Below are positions 8,438-17,493 of a stretch of 64,000 bases of DNA, piece by piece; positions within the stretch are counted from its first letter, which is position 1, and every line of letters begins with the position of its first letter. The stretch is from SAR116 cluster bacterium AG-355-O21 (GTDB lineage Bacteria; Pseudomonadota; Alphaproteobacteria; Thalassobaculales; Thalassobaculaceae). Under the pieces are notes generated by a model that was given only the letters and a program-made list of their open reading frames with translations, was not told the origin of the DNA and did not search any database. Both the position numbers and the translations under genes were made by a program. The stretch spans positions 24,210 to 88,209 of the forward strand of contig QCEM01000003.1 of assembly GCA_003280605.1 (NCBI GenBank), in the 5' to 3' direction.

Positions 8438-8841
8438 TGACAGACCTAACCGCGAATGTCCCTGAGGTGGTTGCTGAAATTCGGGAAAAATTTGAAGCCT
8501 ATGAGCAAGCCTTGATCGACAAGGATGTGGCTGTTTTAGACGCCACGTTCTGGCAGTCGCCGCATACCATTCGCCTGGCCATGAATGAGCATGGCTTCGG
8601 CTTTGACGAAATCCACTCGCACCGCGTCGCTCGCCCCCCTGGACCGGGCATTAAAGAAGAACGCTTGCGGTTGGACATTTTGACCCTGGGACGTGATTTT
8701 GCCACCGTCAATCTGGTCTTTAAGGTGCGCGGCAAGGACCTTATCGGTCGCCAAAGCCAAACCTTCGTACGATTTCCCGAGGACGGTTGGAAAGTGGTTA
8801 GCGCCCATGTCTCAACCAGTGACGGCAGCACTTTGTGGTAA
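8434..8841 (+). CDS. AtzH-like / HpxZ-like NTF2-fold protein (DUF3225 type)
   Basis: Its start overlaps the amidase stop. LDATFWQSPHTIR..GRQSQTFVRFPEDGWKVVSAHVS matches the AtzH/HpxZ-like pattern. Confidence 0.7.
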   Translation: MMTDLTANVPEVVAEIREKFEAYEQALIDKDVAVLDATFWQSPHTIRLAMNEHGFGFDEIHSHRVARPPGPGIKEERLRLDILTLGRDFATVNLVFKVRGKDLIGRQSQTFVRFPEDGWKVVSAHVSTSDGSTLW

Positions 8842-8842
8842 T

Positions 8843-9090
8843 CTCGGCCCTTGCGCCGTCGTCGACGTGCTTATGCCGGCGGCTTGGCAGGGCCAGTCGG
8901 CGGCGGTATGGCCGGTGAAGCGACCACCGAGGTCATCCGCCAACGCAACGTCGACTTTGCGCTTAGCGGCGCGTCCGCGACTGATGAGGACGGTAGCGTG
9001 TTAGATTTTAAGCATTGTGACCTGCGCCTGGAAATTACCGCCGAAGGCAAATCTGCGCTTGATGGCGATAGGATGGATGGCAGCCAATGA
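8843..9090 (+). pseudogene. Internal remnant of a DeoR-family glycerol-3-phosphate repressor (glpR-like)
   Basis: GGLAGPVGGGMAGEATTEVIRQRNVDFALSGASATDEDGSVLDF aligns well with my memory of E. coli GlpR [44 protein letters not shown]. The HTH N-terminus and the C-terminal third are absent, and a frameshift lies near 8870. Confidence 0.5.
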
Positions 9091-10601
9091 CGGCGCCGCC
9101 CTATGACGTGTTTGTTATCGGCGGCGGTATTAACGGCTGCGGGATTGCCCGTGACGCCGTTGGTCGCGGGTTTTCGGTTGCTTTGGCGGAAATGAATGAC
9201 CTGGCCAGCGGGACATCATCCTGGTCGACCAAACTGATCCATGGCGGTCTGCGGTATCTTGAACAATATAAATTTCGACTGGTGCGCCAGGCCTTGATCG
9301 AACGTGAGGTGCTGTGGGCATCGGCACCACATATCATTCGTCCATTGCGCTTTGTGCTGCCCCATCACAGCGGCCTGCGCCCAGCCTGGTTGCTGCGCAT
9401 GGGATTGTTTCTATACGACCATTTGGGCGGCCGTAAATACTTGGCAGCGACACGGGTTTTGGACATGACGACGGATATCTGCGGTCAGCCTTTAAAACCT
9501 CTTTTCCGATACGGTTTTGAATATTCCGACTGCTGGGTTGATGATGTCCGTTTGGTGGTTTTGAATGCCCGCGATGCAGCCGATCGCGGTGCTGATATTT
9601 TTACTCGGACCATGGTAACACGGCTCGTTCGACATGCCGATTACTGGCAAATCAGCCTCTGCGATGCCACCACAGGGCTGACCCGCGAGGTCAGATCACG
9701 GCTGCTTGTTAACGCCGCCGGGCCATGGGTTGATCAGGTCTTGGCGAAAACGGCCGGACATAATGACAGGCCCAACCTGCGCTTGGTCCAAGGCAGTCAT
9801 ATCGTCGTCAAACAACGCTTCACCCATGACCGAGCGTATATTTTTCAGAATGCCGACAAGAGAATTATTTTTGCCATCCCGTATGAGCAGGACCTTACCC
9901 TGATCGGCACCACCGACCGCGACTATGATGGCGATCCCGGCCGGGCCGAGATTACGGCGGAAGAAACAGACTATCTGTGCCAAGCCGCCAGCGCATATTT
10001 TCGCATCCCAATCGGCCGTGACGATATTGTTTGGCGTTTTTCCGGGGTCCGCGCACTGTTTGATGACGGCACCGGCAAAGCACAAGAGACGACGCGTGAT
10101 TATCTGTTAAGCGACGATATTGCCGCCGATAGCACGGCGATCTTGATCAATGTTTTTGGTGGCAAAATCACCACCTATCGCACCCTTGCAGAAACCTTGC
10201 TGACACGCATTGAAGCACGGCTGGGTCGCCGGCAGCCGGCATGGACCAAAAATGCCACGCTCCCTGGCGGCAACTTTCCAATCACAGGCAAGGCCAAGCT
10301 GACCAGCGATTTATGTGCGCAATTCCCGTTTTTGAGATCGCAACACGCGGCGCGGCTGATTAACGCCTATGGCACATTATGCTGGCAGATTTTAAAGGGC
10401 GTGCGTCAGCGCCGTGATCTCGGACGCTGTTTTGGCCATGACCTGACTGCGGTCGAGGTTGATTATTTGATTGAGCAGGAATGGGTCACGACCGCCGATG
10501 ACCTGCTATGGCGGCGCAGCAAGCTGGGGTTGCGTCTATCACTCCAGGAAAAACACGCCCTCGATGATTACATCCAGGACCGTCTATCGGCCACGGCATA
10601 A
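9087..10601 (+). CDS. glpD: Aerobic glycerol-3-phosphate dehydrogenase
   Basis: DVFVIGGGINGCGIARDAVGRGFSVALAEMNDLASGTSSWSTKLIHGGLRYLE is the classical GlpD N-terminus. 504 aa. Confidence 0.9.
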   Translation: MTAPPYDVFVIGGGINGCGIARDAVGRGFSVALAEMNDLASGTSSWSTKLIHGGLRYLEQYKFRLVRQALIEREVLWASAPHIIRPLRFVLPHHSGLRPAWLLRMGLFLYDHLGGRKYLAATRVLDMTTDICGQPLKPLFRYGFEYSDCWVDDVRLVVLNARDAADRGADIFTRTMVTRLVRHADYWQISLCDATTGLTREVRSRLLVNAAGPWVDQVLAKTAGHNDRPNLRLVQGSHIVVKQRFTHDRAYIFQNADKRIIFAIPYEQDLTLIGTTDRDYDGDPGRAEITAEETDYLCQAASAYFRIPIGRDDIVWRFSGVRALFDDGTGKAQETTRDYLLSDDIAADSTAILINVFGGKITTYRTLAETLLTRIEARLGRRQPAWTKNATLPGGNFPITGKAKLTSDLCAQFPFLRSQHAARLINAYGTLCWQILKGVRQRRDLGRCFGHDLTAVEVDYLIEQEWVTTADDLLWRRSKLGLRLSLQEKHALDDYIQDRLSATA

Positions 10602-10615
10602 ACCGCCGATCGGCA

Positions 10616-13033
10616 TTAAGCGCGCAGCCTCTCGCCCTTGGGATCAAAGGGCGGCGCAGCCAGCACAGTCGCTTTATGCGGTTTGCCTAAAATAAAAATG
10701 TCGACCTGGTCGCCGGCCACGGCTGTTCCGTGATTCAAGAAACCGATGGCCAGGGATTTGCCGACAGAATAGCCATAGGCACCAGATGTGACACGCCCGA
10801 CCGGGGTGCCGTCAGGCATGAAAATCGGCTCACCACCGCTGGCATCGGCATTATCGGTGACCGTCACCTCAAACATGCTGATCCGCTCCCGAGGCGGCTT
10901 ATCCTTGATTGCCAGATAGGCCGATTTGTTTAAGAAATCTTTATCAAGTTTGATCAGGTGCTCAAGCGCCAGCTCCTGTGGCCAGGATTCCGGGCTATAT
11001 TCACGGCCCCAACTGCCATAGCCTTTTTCAATCCGTAATGCGCCAAGCGCCCGGCCACCGACCGGGCCACCATCAAAATCGTCCGCCGCTGCCAGCAGCG
11101 CTTGAAATAATTGCGCTTGGTCGGCCTCCGGGCAATGCAGCTCCCAGCCCAGATCACCTGTAAAGCTGACCCGAATGGCCAGGCAGGTGACACCGGCAAC
11201 ATCAATGGTCCGCGAGCGCATGAAGCCAAAGCCTTCCGGCGATAGATCAGCATTGGTAAGGCGTTGCAGCATTTCCCGCGATTTAGGGCCGGCAACGTTA
11301 TAACCGCAGATCTGATCGGTTTCGACGGTCAAGCTGGTGCCCGCGGGCATCGCCAGCATGTTAAAAAAGCGCTGGTGATAACGCTCCGCCAGGCCGGAGC
11401 CGACCATCATGAAACTATCATCCGCTGTTTTAGTGACCGTAAAATCACCGGCCACACCGCCGCGCATACCAATTAACGGTGATAAGCAAGAGCGGCCAAT
11501 TTCATGCGGTATCCGGTTCGCTAACAATTGGTTCAACCAGGTCTCGGCCCCTGGCCCGGTGATGCGGTAATTGGCAAAGTTCGAAATATCGATGATGCCA
11601 ACGGCGCGGCGCAGCATCTGCACCTCTTTGCCAACAGGCTGAAACCAGTTTTGCCGTGTGAAGCCATTGGTTTCGGCAACACCTTTTTCATCGGCGAACC
11701 ACAACGGATGTTCCCAGCCACAGTTCAAACCAAAGACCGCCCCCATTTGCTGCAGCATTTCATAGGTTGGGCGGACTCGCGCCGGCCGGCCGGCGGCCCG
11801 TTCCTCATTGGGAAAGTGAATTTTAAAGCGGTGGCTATATTGATCTTCAACCCGCGCCTTGGTGAATTTTTTATCGGCCCACTCCCCGAACCTGGCCACA
11901 TCCCAGGCGAACATGTCGTATTCCGGCTCGCCATCGACGATCCACTGTGCCGACATCAAACCAAGGCCACCGGACTGTGAGAATCCGGGAATGATGCCAG
12001 TGCAACAAAAGTAGTTTTGCAACTCCGGCACCGGGCCATAAAGGGCGTTGGAATCCGGTGACCAAATCATCGGCCCGTTGATCACCCGCTTGACGCCGGC
12101 TTTGGCGGCGGCAGGCACCCGCTCCATCGCCAGCATGACATTGTCCATGATGCGATCAAGATCATCACCAAACAACTCATGGCCAAAATCTTGCGGGGTG
12201 CCTTCTTCGGCCCAAAACCGAACATCTTTTTCATAAGCGCCGATCAGCAATCCTTTGCCTTCTTGCCGCAAATAATACTCGCCGTCACGGTCTGCGATTG
12301 ATGGCAGGCGGCGGTCCATGGCAACAATCTCAGGCATTGTTTCGGTGACGAAATATTGATGCTCGGTCGGTTGTAAAGGCAGCGTAATACCTGCCAATGC
12401 CGCTACTTCGCGGCCCCACAAGCCAGCGGCGTTAACAACCCATTGGCTATGAATCTCGCCTTTTGGCGTTTCCACAATCCAGCTGCCGTCGGGTTGCTGG
12501 CGCGTTGCCGTCACCGGGCAAAACCGCTCAATTTCCGCACCCATTTGCCGGGCCCCGGCAGCATAGGCTTGAGTCACCCCGGATGGATCAACATTGCCGC
12601 CATCAGGCTCAAACATGATACAGCGGATGCCGTCAAAATTAGACAGCGGATGCAACGCTTCGGCTTCCTGGCGGCTCACCTCATGAAAATTCATGTTGAA
12701 ATATACGGCCTTTGCGGCTTGCAAACGCAGCTGATGTTCGCGTTCTTCGGTCTGCGCAAGATAAAGTGAGCCGGGCTGAAAAACGCCACAGCCTTGACCT
12801 GTTTCTGCCTCTAATTGCTTGTACAGGTTCATTGTATAATGTTGGATACGGCTGATATTGGTGCTGTCGTGCAGGCCATGAATATTCGCCGCAGCATGCC
12901 AGGTTGAGCCGCTGGTCAGCTCATCGCGTTCCAGCAAAATCACATCTGTCCAGCCAAGTTTTGCAAGGTGATAAAGGATCGAGCAACCAACAAGGCCACC
13001 ACCAATTACAACTGCTTGTGCATGCCGTCTCAC
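10616..13033 (-). CDS. Dimethylglycine/sarcosine dehydrogenase-like flavoprotein (DAO domain + GcvT-type folate domain)
   Basis: N-terminal VVIGGGLVGCSILYHL Rossmann motif. 805 aa with a C-terminal aminomethyltransferase-type domain. Confidence 0.8.
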   Translation of the reverse strand: MRRHAQAVVIGGGLVGCSILYHLAKLGWTDVILLERDELTSGSTWHAAANIHGLHDSTNISRIQHYTMNLYKQLEAETGQGCGVFQPGSLYLAQTEEREHQLRLQAAKAVYFNMNFHEVSRQEAEALHPLSNFDGIRCIMFEPDGGNVDPSGVTQAYAAGARQMGAEIERFCPVTATRQQPDGSWIVETPKGEIHSQWVVNAAGLWGREVAALAGITLPLQPTEHQYFVTETMPEIVAMDRRLPSIADRDGEYYLRQEGKGLLIGAYEKDVRFWAEEGTPQDFGHELFGDDLDRIMDNVMLAMERVPAAAKAGVKRVINGPMIWSPDSNALYGPVPELQNYFCCTGIIPGFSQSGGLGLMSAQWIVDGEPEYDMFAWDVARFGEWADKKFTKARVEDQYSHRFKIHFPNEERAAGRPARVRPTYEMLQQMGAVFGLNCGWEHPLWFADEKGVAETNGFTRQNWFQPVGKEVQMLRRAVGIIDISNFANYRITGPGAETWLNQLLANRIPHEIGRSCLSPLIGMRGGVAGDFTVTKTADDSFMMVGSGLAERYHQRFFNMLAMPAGTSLTVETDQICGYNVAGPKSREMLQRLTNADLSPEGFGFMRSRTIDVAGVTCLAIRVSFTGDLGWELHCPEADQAQLFQALLAAADDFDGGPVGGRALGALRIEKGYGSWGREYSPESWPQELALEHLIKLDKDFLNKSAYLAIKDKPPRERISMFEVTVTDNADASGGEPIFMPDGTPVGRVTSGAYGYSVGKSLAIGFLNHGTAVAGDQVDIFILGKPHKATVLAAPPFDPKGERLRA

Positions 13034-13285
13034 AATGACTTCCTTTATCGTTGGCGCTGTTTAAAGCCTATCGCAAACAATAAACCGGCGCGTGTAAATA
13101 GCTTTCCATAGATCTGCTAAGTTTTATCGCAGCCTGCTATTCTATAACCGTCATCCCGGTGCAGCGATTGGTTTGGGTTAACGCCGCCAAGCACTGCCGC
13201 CGCCGCGCACAAAAACACCGCCGCATGCCCCGCCTGGCCAGGCAATCTTCGCGCCGCTATGTCGCTGACGAACAAATTTGCGCAA

Positions 13286-13528
13286 TCACTCGCGGCTGTC
13301 GATCCTGGCATACAGCCGGCGAATAAGTCGGCTCGCCGTGGTCTCAAAAAGCGCCGGGATAATCGCATGGATGAACGCCGCCAAACCGGCAATAAAAAGA
13401 CTGCCGGCAAAGCTCAATGCAAATCCGGCATGCTGCAGATAACTCTCGTTAACACGCGCCGGATGGTCTTTAAAGTGCCGCAAGAAACTGCCGCAACCTG
13501 CCGAAAATATGCCATCTGACATGATCAT
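13286..13528 (-). CDS. Small membrane protein, DUF6356-like
   Basis: FLRHFKDHPARVNESYLQHAGFALSFAG..HAIIPALFETTASRLIRRL resembles DUF6356 as I recall it. It has one or two hydrophobic helices. Confidence 0.45.
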   Translation of the reverse strand: MIMSDGIFSAGCGSFLRHFKDHPARVNESYLQHAGFALSFAGSLFIAGLAAFIHAIIPALFETTASRLIRRLYARIDSRE

Positions 13529-13629
13529 TCCCCCGTTGAATCAGAGCCGAAGGATGGCACAGATTTGATCGAAATTTATCCCATTTTTCTTTTCTTTAGA
13601 CAAAAATTTGGGACATTATCCCTACTATT

Positions 13630-14088
13630 ATGGTAAATTTAGACGAAATAGATCGCCGCATTCTCCGGTTGCTTCAAAAAGATGCATCGTTGAGCATGGA
13701 CGCTGTGGCGGCGGCCGTTAATCTGTCGCGGAACGCCTGCTGGCGGCGGATCAAAAACCTTGAGGATACAGGCACACTGCAAAAGCGTGTCGCCTTGGTT
13801 GATGCCGCTGCGGTCGGGCTCGACCTCAGTATATTTGTCCTCATACGAACCAATCGCCACGACGTTGACTGGTTGACGGCCTTTGACAAAGCCGTGCGCG
13901 AGTTGCCGGAGATCATCAGCGCCTATCGGATGGCCGGCGAGCTTGACTATATTTTGCGAATCCGGCTCGCCAGTGTCCGCGACTATGATGATTTTTACCG
14001 GCGCTTGGTCAGCCGCGTACCGATTTCAGATGTTTCCGCCAGTTTTGTGATGGAAGATATTAAGGACAGCACCGAACTGCCGATCTGA
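13630..14088 (+). CDS. Lrp/AsnC family transcriptional regulator
   Basis: LDEIDRRILRLLQKDASLS HTH followed by an AsnC-type effector domain. 152 aa. Confidence 0.85.
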   Translation: MVNLDEIDRRILRLLQKDASLSMDAVAAAVNLSRNACWRRIKNLEDTGTLQKRVALVDAAAVGLDLSIFVLIRTNRHDVDWLTAFDKAVRELPEIISAYRMAGELDYILRIRLASVRDYDDFYRRLVSRVPISDVSASFVMEDIKDSTELPI

Positions 14089-14763
14089 TCAGCGGCCATA
14101 GGCAGCGTCGAAAAAGGCCACCTCGAGACGCACCAATTCTTTAAAGCGATGCGCCACGATGGCTTGCCGATCGGCACTTAAACCGGGGCCAATATTGTCT
14201 AATTCAGCCCGCAGCCAAGCAACAATGCCGGCAAACATCGGGTTGTGGTGCAGCTCGATCCATTCACGCAAATAAAATCGTTTTGGGTAAGGCTGCACCG
14301 CCTTTTCCGCCCAACTGAGATAAACCCATTCGGCGGCCACAACCACTGCCAAAATTTCGTCGTAACGGTTGCTGCGGGCGGCCTCCAGCATGAGTGTCGC
14401 AAACGCTTGTATGGGCGGCAGCAAGGAGGTTGTCTCACGTTCGTGTTCAGGCACGCCTAAAGCCTCAAAAGAACGCAGAAAATAATCGTTCTCCTCGGCT
14501 GTGATGAGGCCCAGGAAATGCGCCCAGCGTTTTTTTGCCGGCATCCCCGGTGCCGCCGCCACCGCATGCCCTAAGACTGTGACCAAGGTTTCGATGAAGA
14601 CATAGTCTTGGATCAGATAACGCCGGTAAACGGCGTCATCTAAGCTGTCTTCAAGCAGCTCGGTCGTAAAGGCATGGCTTGTTGCCTGCGCCCAAAGCGG
14701 TCCTGTCTCGGTCCGCAGCCAGTCGGTGAACAGGCCCTGATCAGCGCTGTAAAGCGCGCCCAT
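14089..14763 (-). CDS. tenA: TenA family protein (aminopyrimidine aminohydrolase / thiaminase II)
   Basis: TenA-like helical pattern (HAFTTELLEDSL..YLIQDYVFIE). The TGATG overlap with the upstream SBP gene places it under the TPP riboswitch. Confidence 0.75.
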   Translation of the reverse strand: MGALYSADQGLFTDWLRTETGPLWAQATSHAFTTELLEDSLDDAVYRRYLIQDYVFIETLVTVLGHAVAAAPGMPAKKRWAHFLGLITAEENDYFLRSFEALGVPEHERETTSLLPPIQAFATLMLEAARSNRYDEILAVVVAAEWVYLSWAEKAVQPYPKRFYLREWIELHHNPMFAGIVAWLRAELDNIGPGLSADRQAIVAHRFKELVRLEVAFFDAAYGR

Positions 14764-15725
14764 CAGCGCTGCAGCTCAACCGCATAATCGGCAACGTTGC
14801 CAGGGTCTTTGATCAAGCCACGATCCACCAGGAAAGCTGCAAACCGCTGATATCGACCTGTATCCAAAGCCGCCGGACGCAACGCGAAACGCGGCAAGGT
14901 ATCGCGGAAGGCACGTTTGTTAAGCTCATCATCCAGGCCTTGCTTGTAACCTTTGAACATTTCCCAAGCTTCGGTCGGATGGTTAATGGCAAACTGCGTT
15001 GCAGCTTCCATGGCATCGACAAAAGCGGCCAGCGCCGGCTCCCCGAGTTTGGCATTATTGGCGACGACGATTAATTCGTCATAGCCAGGAACGCCCTCCT
15101 CTTCCACATAAAAGGCTTTGCCGGGGCGACCGACAATATCCATCTGGTTCAGCTCAAAATTCCGATAGGCACCAATGACCGCATCAACCTGCCCAGAGAT
15201 TAACGATGGGCTAAGTGAGAAGTTGACATTAACCAACTCGACATCACTGCTGCTCAGACCGTGCTTTTCCAGCATCGCCGAGAGAATCACATTCTCAAAC
15301 CCACCCACGGAAAACCCAACTTTTTTACCTTTCAAGTCGCTGATCTTTTTGATCGGCCCGTCGGCCAGCACCAGCAACGTCGTCAACGGTGTTGCAACAA
15401 CTGTCGCAATCCGCGTCAGCGGTAAGCCGGCAGCATGTTGTAAATGCAGTTGGGGCTGATAGGAAATCGCAATATCGGCCTTACCGGCAGCAACCAATTT
15501 AGGGGGATCATTAGGGTTCGAGGGTTCGATCAACTCAACCTCGAGGCCGGCTTTTGCAAACAATCCAAGCTTCTCGGCAAGCACCAAAGGGGCGTGATCA
15601 GGGTTCAGGAACCAGTCCAGCATAACAGTGAGTTTTTGACCGGCGACCGCAGAGTTGCCGACACTAAAAACACTTAAAAAAGCTGCCAAAGCGGCAACGG
15701 CAACGGAATGACTAATTTTTTTCAT
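14763..15725 (-). CDS. Periplasmic NMT1/THI5-like substrate-binding protein (ThiY-like pyrimidine-precursor binding)
   Basis: Signal peptide MKKISHSVAVAALAAFLSVFSVGNSAVAG. LTVMLDWFLNPDHAPL is typical of the NMT1/THI5-like SBP fold. A TPP riboswitch lies upstream. Confidence 0.75.
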   Translation of the reverse strand: MKKISHSVAVAALAAFLSVFSVGNSAVAGQKLTVMLDWFLNPDHAPLVLAEKLGLFAKAGLEVELIEPSNPNDPPKLVAAGKADIAISYQPQLHLQHAAGLPLTRIATVVATPLTTLLVLADGPIKKISDLKGKKVGFSVGGFENVILSAMLEKHGLSSSDVELVNVNFSLSPSLISGQVDAVIGAYRNFELNQMDIVGRPGKAFYVEEEGVPGYDELIVVANNAKLGEPALAAFVDAMEAATQFAINHPTEAWEMFKGYKQGLDDELNKRAFRDTLPRFALRPAALDTGRYQRFAAFLVDRGLIKDPGNVADYAVELQR

Positions 15726-15799
15726 CGAAACGTCCCACTCGCGGTTCAGCGGGTGTGACGCGCTAAGTCATGGGTAAGGGGTTATTTCAAACCCATTAG

Positions 15800-15900
15800 T
15801 CCATTCCCTGCGGCGGCATTACCCGATCCAGGTTCAAAGGGTCACCGTGGCAGGACTACCACAGTTCCTCAGCACAAACGCTCCCCTAGGAAGCGCGATT
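15800..15900 (-). promoter_or_regulatory. TPP (THI-box) riboswitch
   Basis: The minus strand reads CUAGGGGAGCG..CUGAGG..ACCCUUUGAACCUGGAUCGGGUAAUGCCGCCGCAGGGAAU. This matches the conserved GGGG.GC / CUGAGA / ACCCUUUGAACCUGAUC.GG.UAAUGCC.GCG.AGGGA core, about 75 nt upstream of the SBP start. Confidence 0.85.
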
Positions 15901-16185
15901 AAAGCTGGTTTTCGACCGAGCCGTCAAGGGGCCGCCAGCATTATCGACTTTTTTCTGGTCTTGCCCAGTCGGCAAGGCCGCTAACGAGCGACCTTAATGG
16001 CAGCAAACGACCGACACCAGATATACCGACCGCAAGCTTTCGAGGGGGCAGGTTAAAAAATCCAGTAATAAAAATGCACTAGCTCTTATGCGACATATTG
16101 TAAGGGTTAATACTTTGACACCGGGCCTTACTATACGCACATCAGCGCTGCGGCCCACCGGGCGTGGGCACCATAGGTACATATT

Positions 16186-17493
16186 ATGGACGATAAATTG
16201 CAGGCCAATGACAGACACCCGGTTGCCGCCGCGCCAGCTTCTTTACGGCAGCGCTTCACGGCCGTACGCGCCGAGACACTGGCTTTGGCCGCACCGCTCA
16301 GTCCGGAAGATCAAAGCGTTCAAGCCATGCCCGATACAAGCCCGACGAAATGGCACCTGGCCCATGTCACATGGTTCTTTGAAACCTTCATCTTGCGACC
16401 CTACCAGTCAGATTATCGGCCTTTCAACGCCGCCTTTGGGTTCCTTTTCAATTCCTATTATGAAGCTGCCGGCGACCGCTATCCCCGCCCTGATCGTGGC
16501 CTCATTACTCGCCCCGGCAGCGATGAAATTATTGCCTACCGCAGCCATGTTGATGCCGCCATGATGCGTTTGCTTGATGCTGAGGCAAGCCCCAAAACAC
16601 CTGAGATTTGCACTCTAACGGAACTTGGTATGCACCATGAGCAACAGCATCAAGAACTCTTGCTGATGGATATTTTAAACCTGTTTTCGCGCAACCCTCT
16701 GCGGCCCGCCTACCGTGATGCGGAACCATCACATGCATCGGCGCCGGTGCCCCCTGCCGCCGACTGGTTAACCTTTGACGGCGGTATTTATGAAATTGGC
16801 CATGACGGCGATGGCTTTGCTTTTGACCATGAAAGCCCACGCCATCAAACGTTGCTGCGGCCATTTGCGCTGGCCGGTGCCTTGGTGACCAATGGCGATT
16901 GGTTGGTCTTTATGAACGATGACGGCTATCAGCGATCTGATCTGTGGTTATCCGACGGGATCGCATGGGTGCGGGAGCACAAATGGCAGGCACCGCTTTA
17001 TTGGTATCGGCAGGAGGAAAGCGGTCCGTGGTTTGAAATGTCGCTTTTGGGCGGCCATCCACTCGAGCGTGCAGCTCCTGTCAGTCACATCAGCTATTTT
17101 GAAGCCGACGCCTACGCACGTTGGGCCGGTAAGCGATTACCGACGGAGGCTGAATGGGAAGTTGCTGCCGGCAACCAAGCAATTGCCGGAAACAACCTTG
17201 GCCGCAACCAATTGCGGGCTCGCCCCGCCAACGCCCAAGGCACCAACCCACATCAGTTTTTTGGTGACCTGTGGGAATGGACCGCCAGCGCCTTTTCAGG
17301 CTATCCCGGCTTCACGGCACCGCAGGGTGCGGTCGGCGAATACAATGGCAAATTCATGTCCGGGCAAATGGTTTTACGAGGCGGTGCCTGTGTCACGCCG
17401 GAGGATCATTTGCGTGTCAGCTACCGGAATTTTTTCTATCCCCATCAGCGCTGGGCATTCACTGGTCTGCGCCTTGCCGAGGACCGACCGTGA
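16186..17493 (+). CDS. egtB: Ergothioneine biosynthesis sulfoxide synthase EgtB
   Basis: DinB-like N-domain (TSPTKWHLAHVTWFFE, HHEQQHQEL) plus an FGE-sulfatase C-domain (GDLWEWT..RGGACVTP). GTGA overlap with egtD. Confidence 0.85.
   Translation: MDDKLQANDRHPVAAAPASLRQRFTAVRAETLALAAPLSPEDQSVQAMPDTSPTKWHLAHVTWFFETFILRPYQSDYRPFNAAFGFLFNSYYEAAGDRYPRPDRGLITRPGSDEIIAYRSHVDAAMMRLLDAEASPKTPEICTLTELGMHHEQQHQELLLMDILNLFSRNPLRPAYRDAEPSHASAPVPPAADWLTFDGGIYEIGHDGDGFAFDHESPRHQTLLRPFALAGALVTNGDWLVFMNDDGYQRSDLWLSDGIAWVREHKWQAPLYWYRQEESGPWFEMSLLGGHPLERAAPVSHISYFEADAYARWAGKRLPTEAEWEVAAGNQAIAGNNLGRNQLRARPANAQGTNPHQFFGDLWEWTASAFSGYPGFTAPQGAVGEYNGKFMSGQMVLRGGACVTPEDHLRVSYRNFFYPHQRWAFTGLRLAEDRP

Noticed and set aside
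10605-10614. Perfect 10-bp palindrome GCCGATCGGC between the convergent glpD and dehydrogenase stops.
   Set aside because: It is too short and has no loop, so it cannot form a useful hairpin. It is likely a chance occurrence or a restriction-type site.
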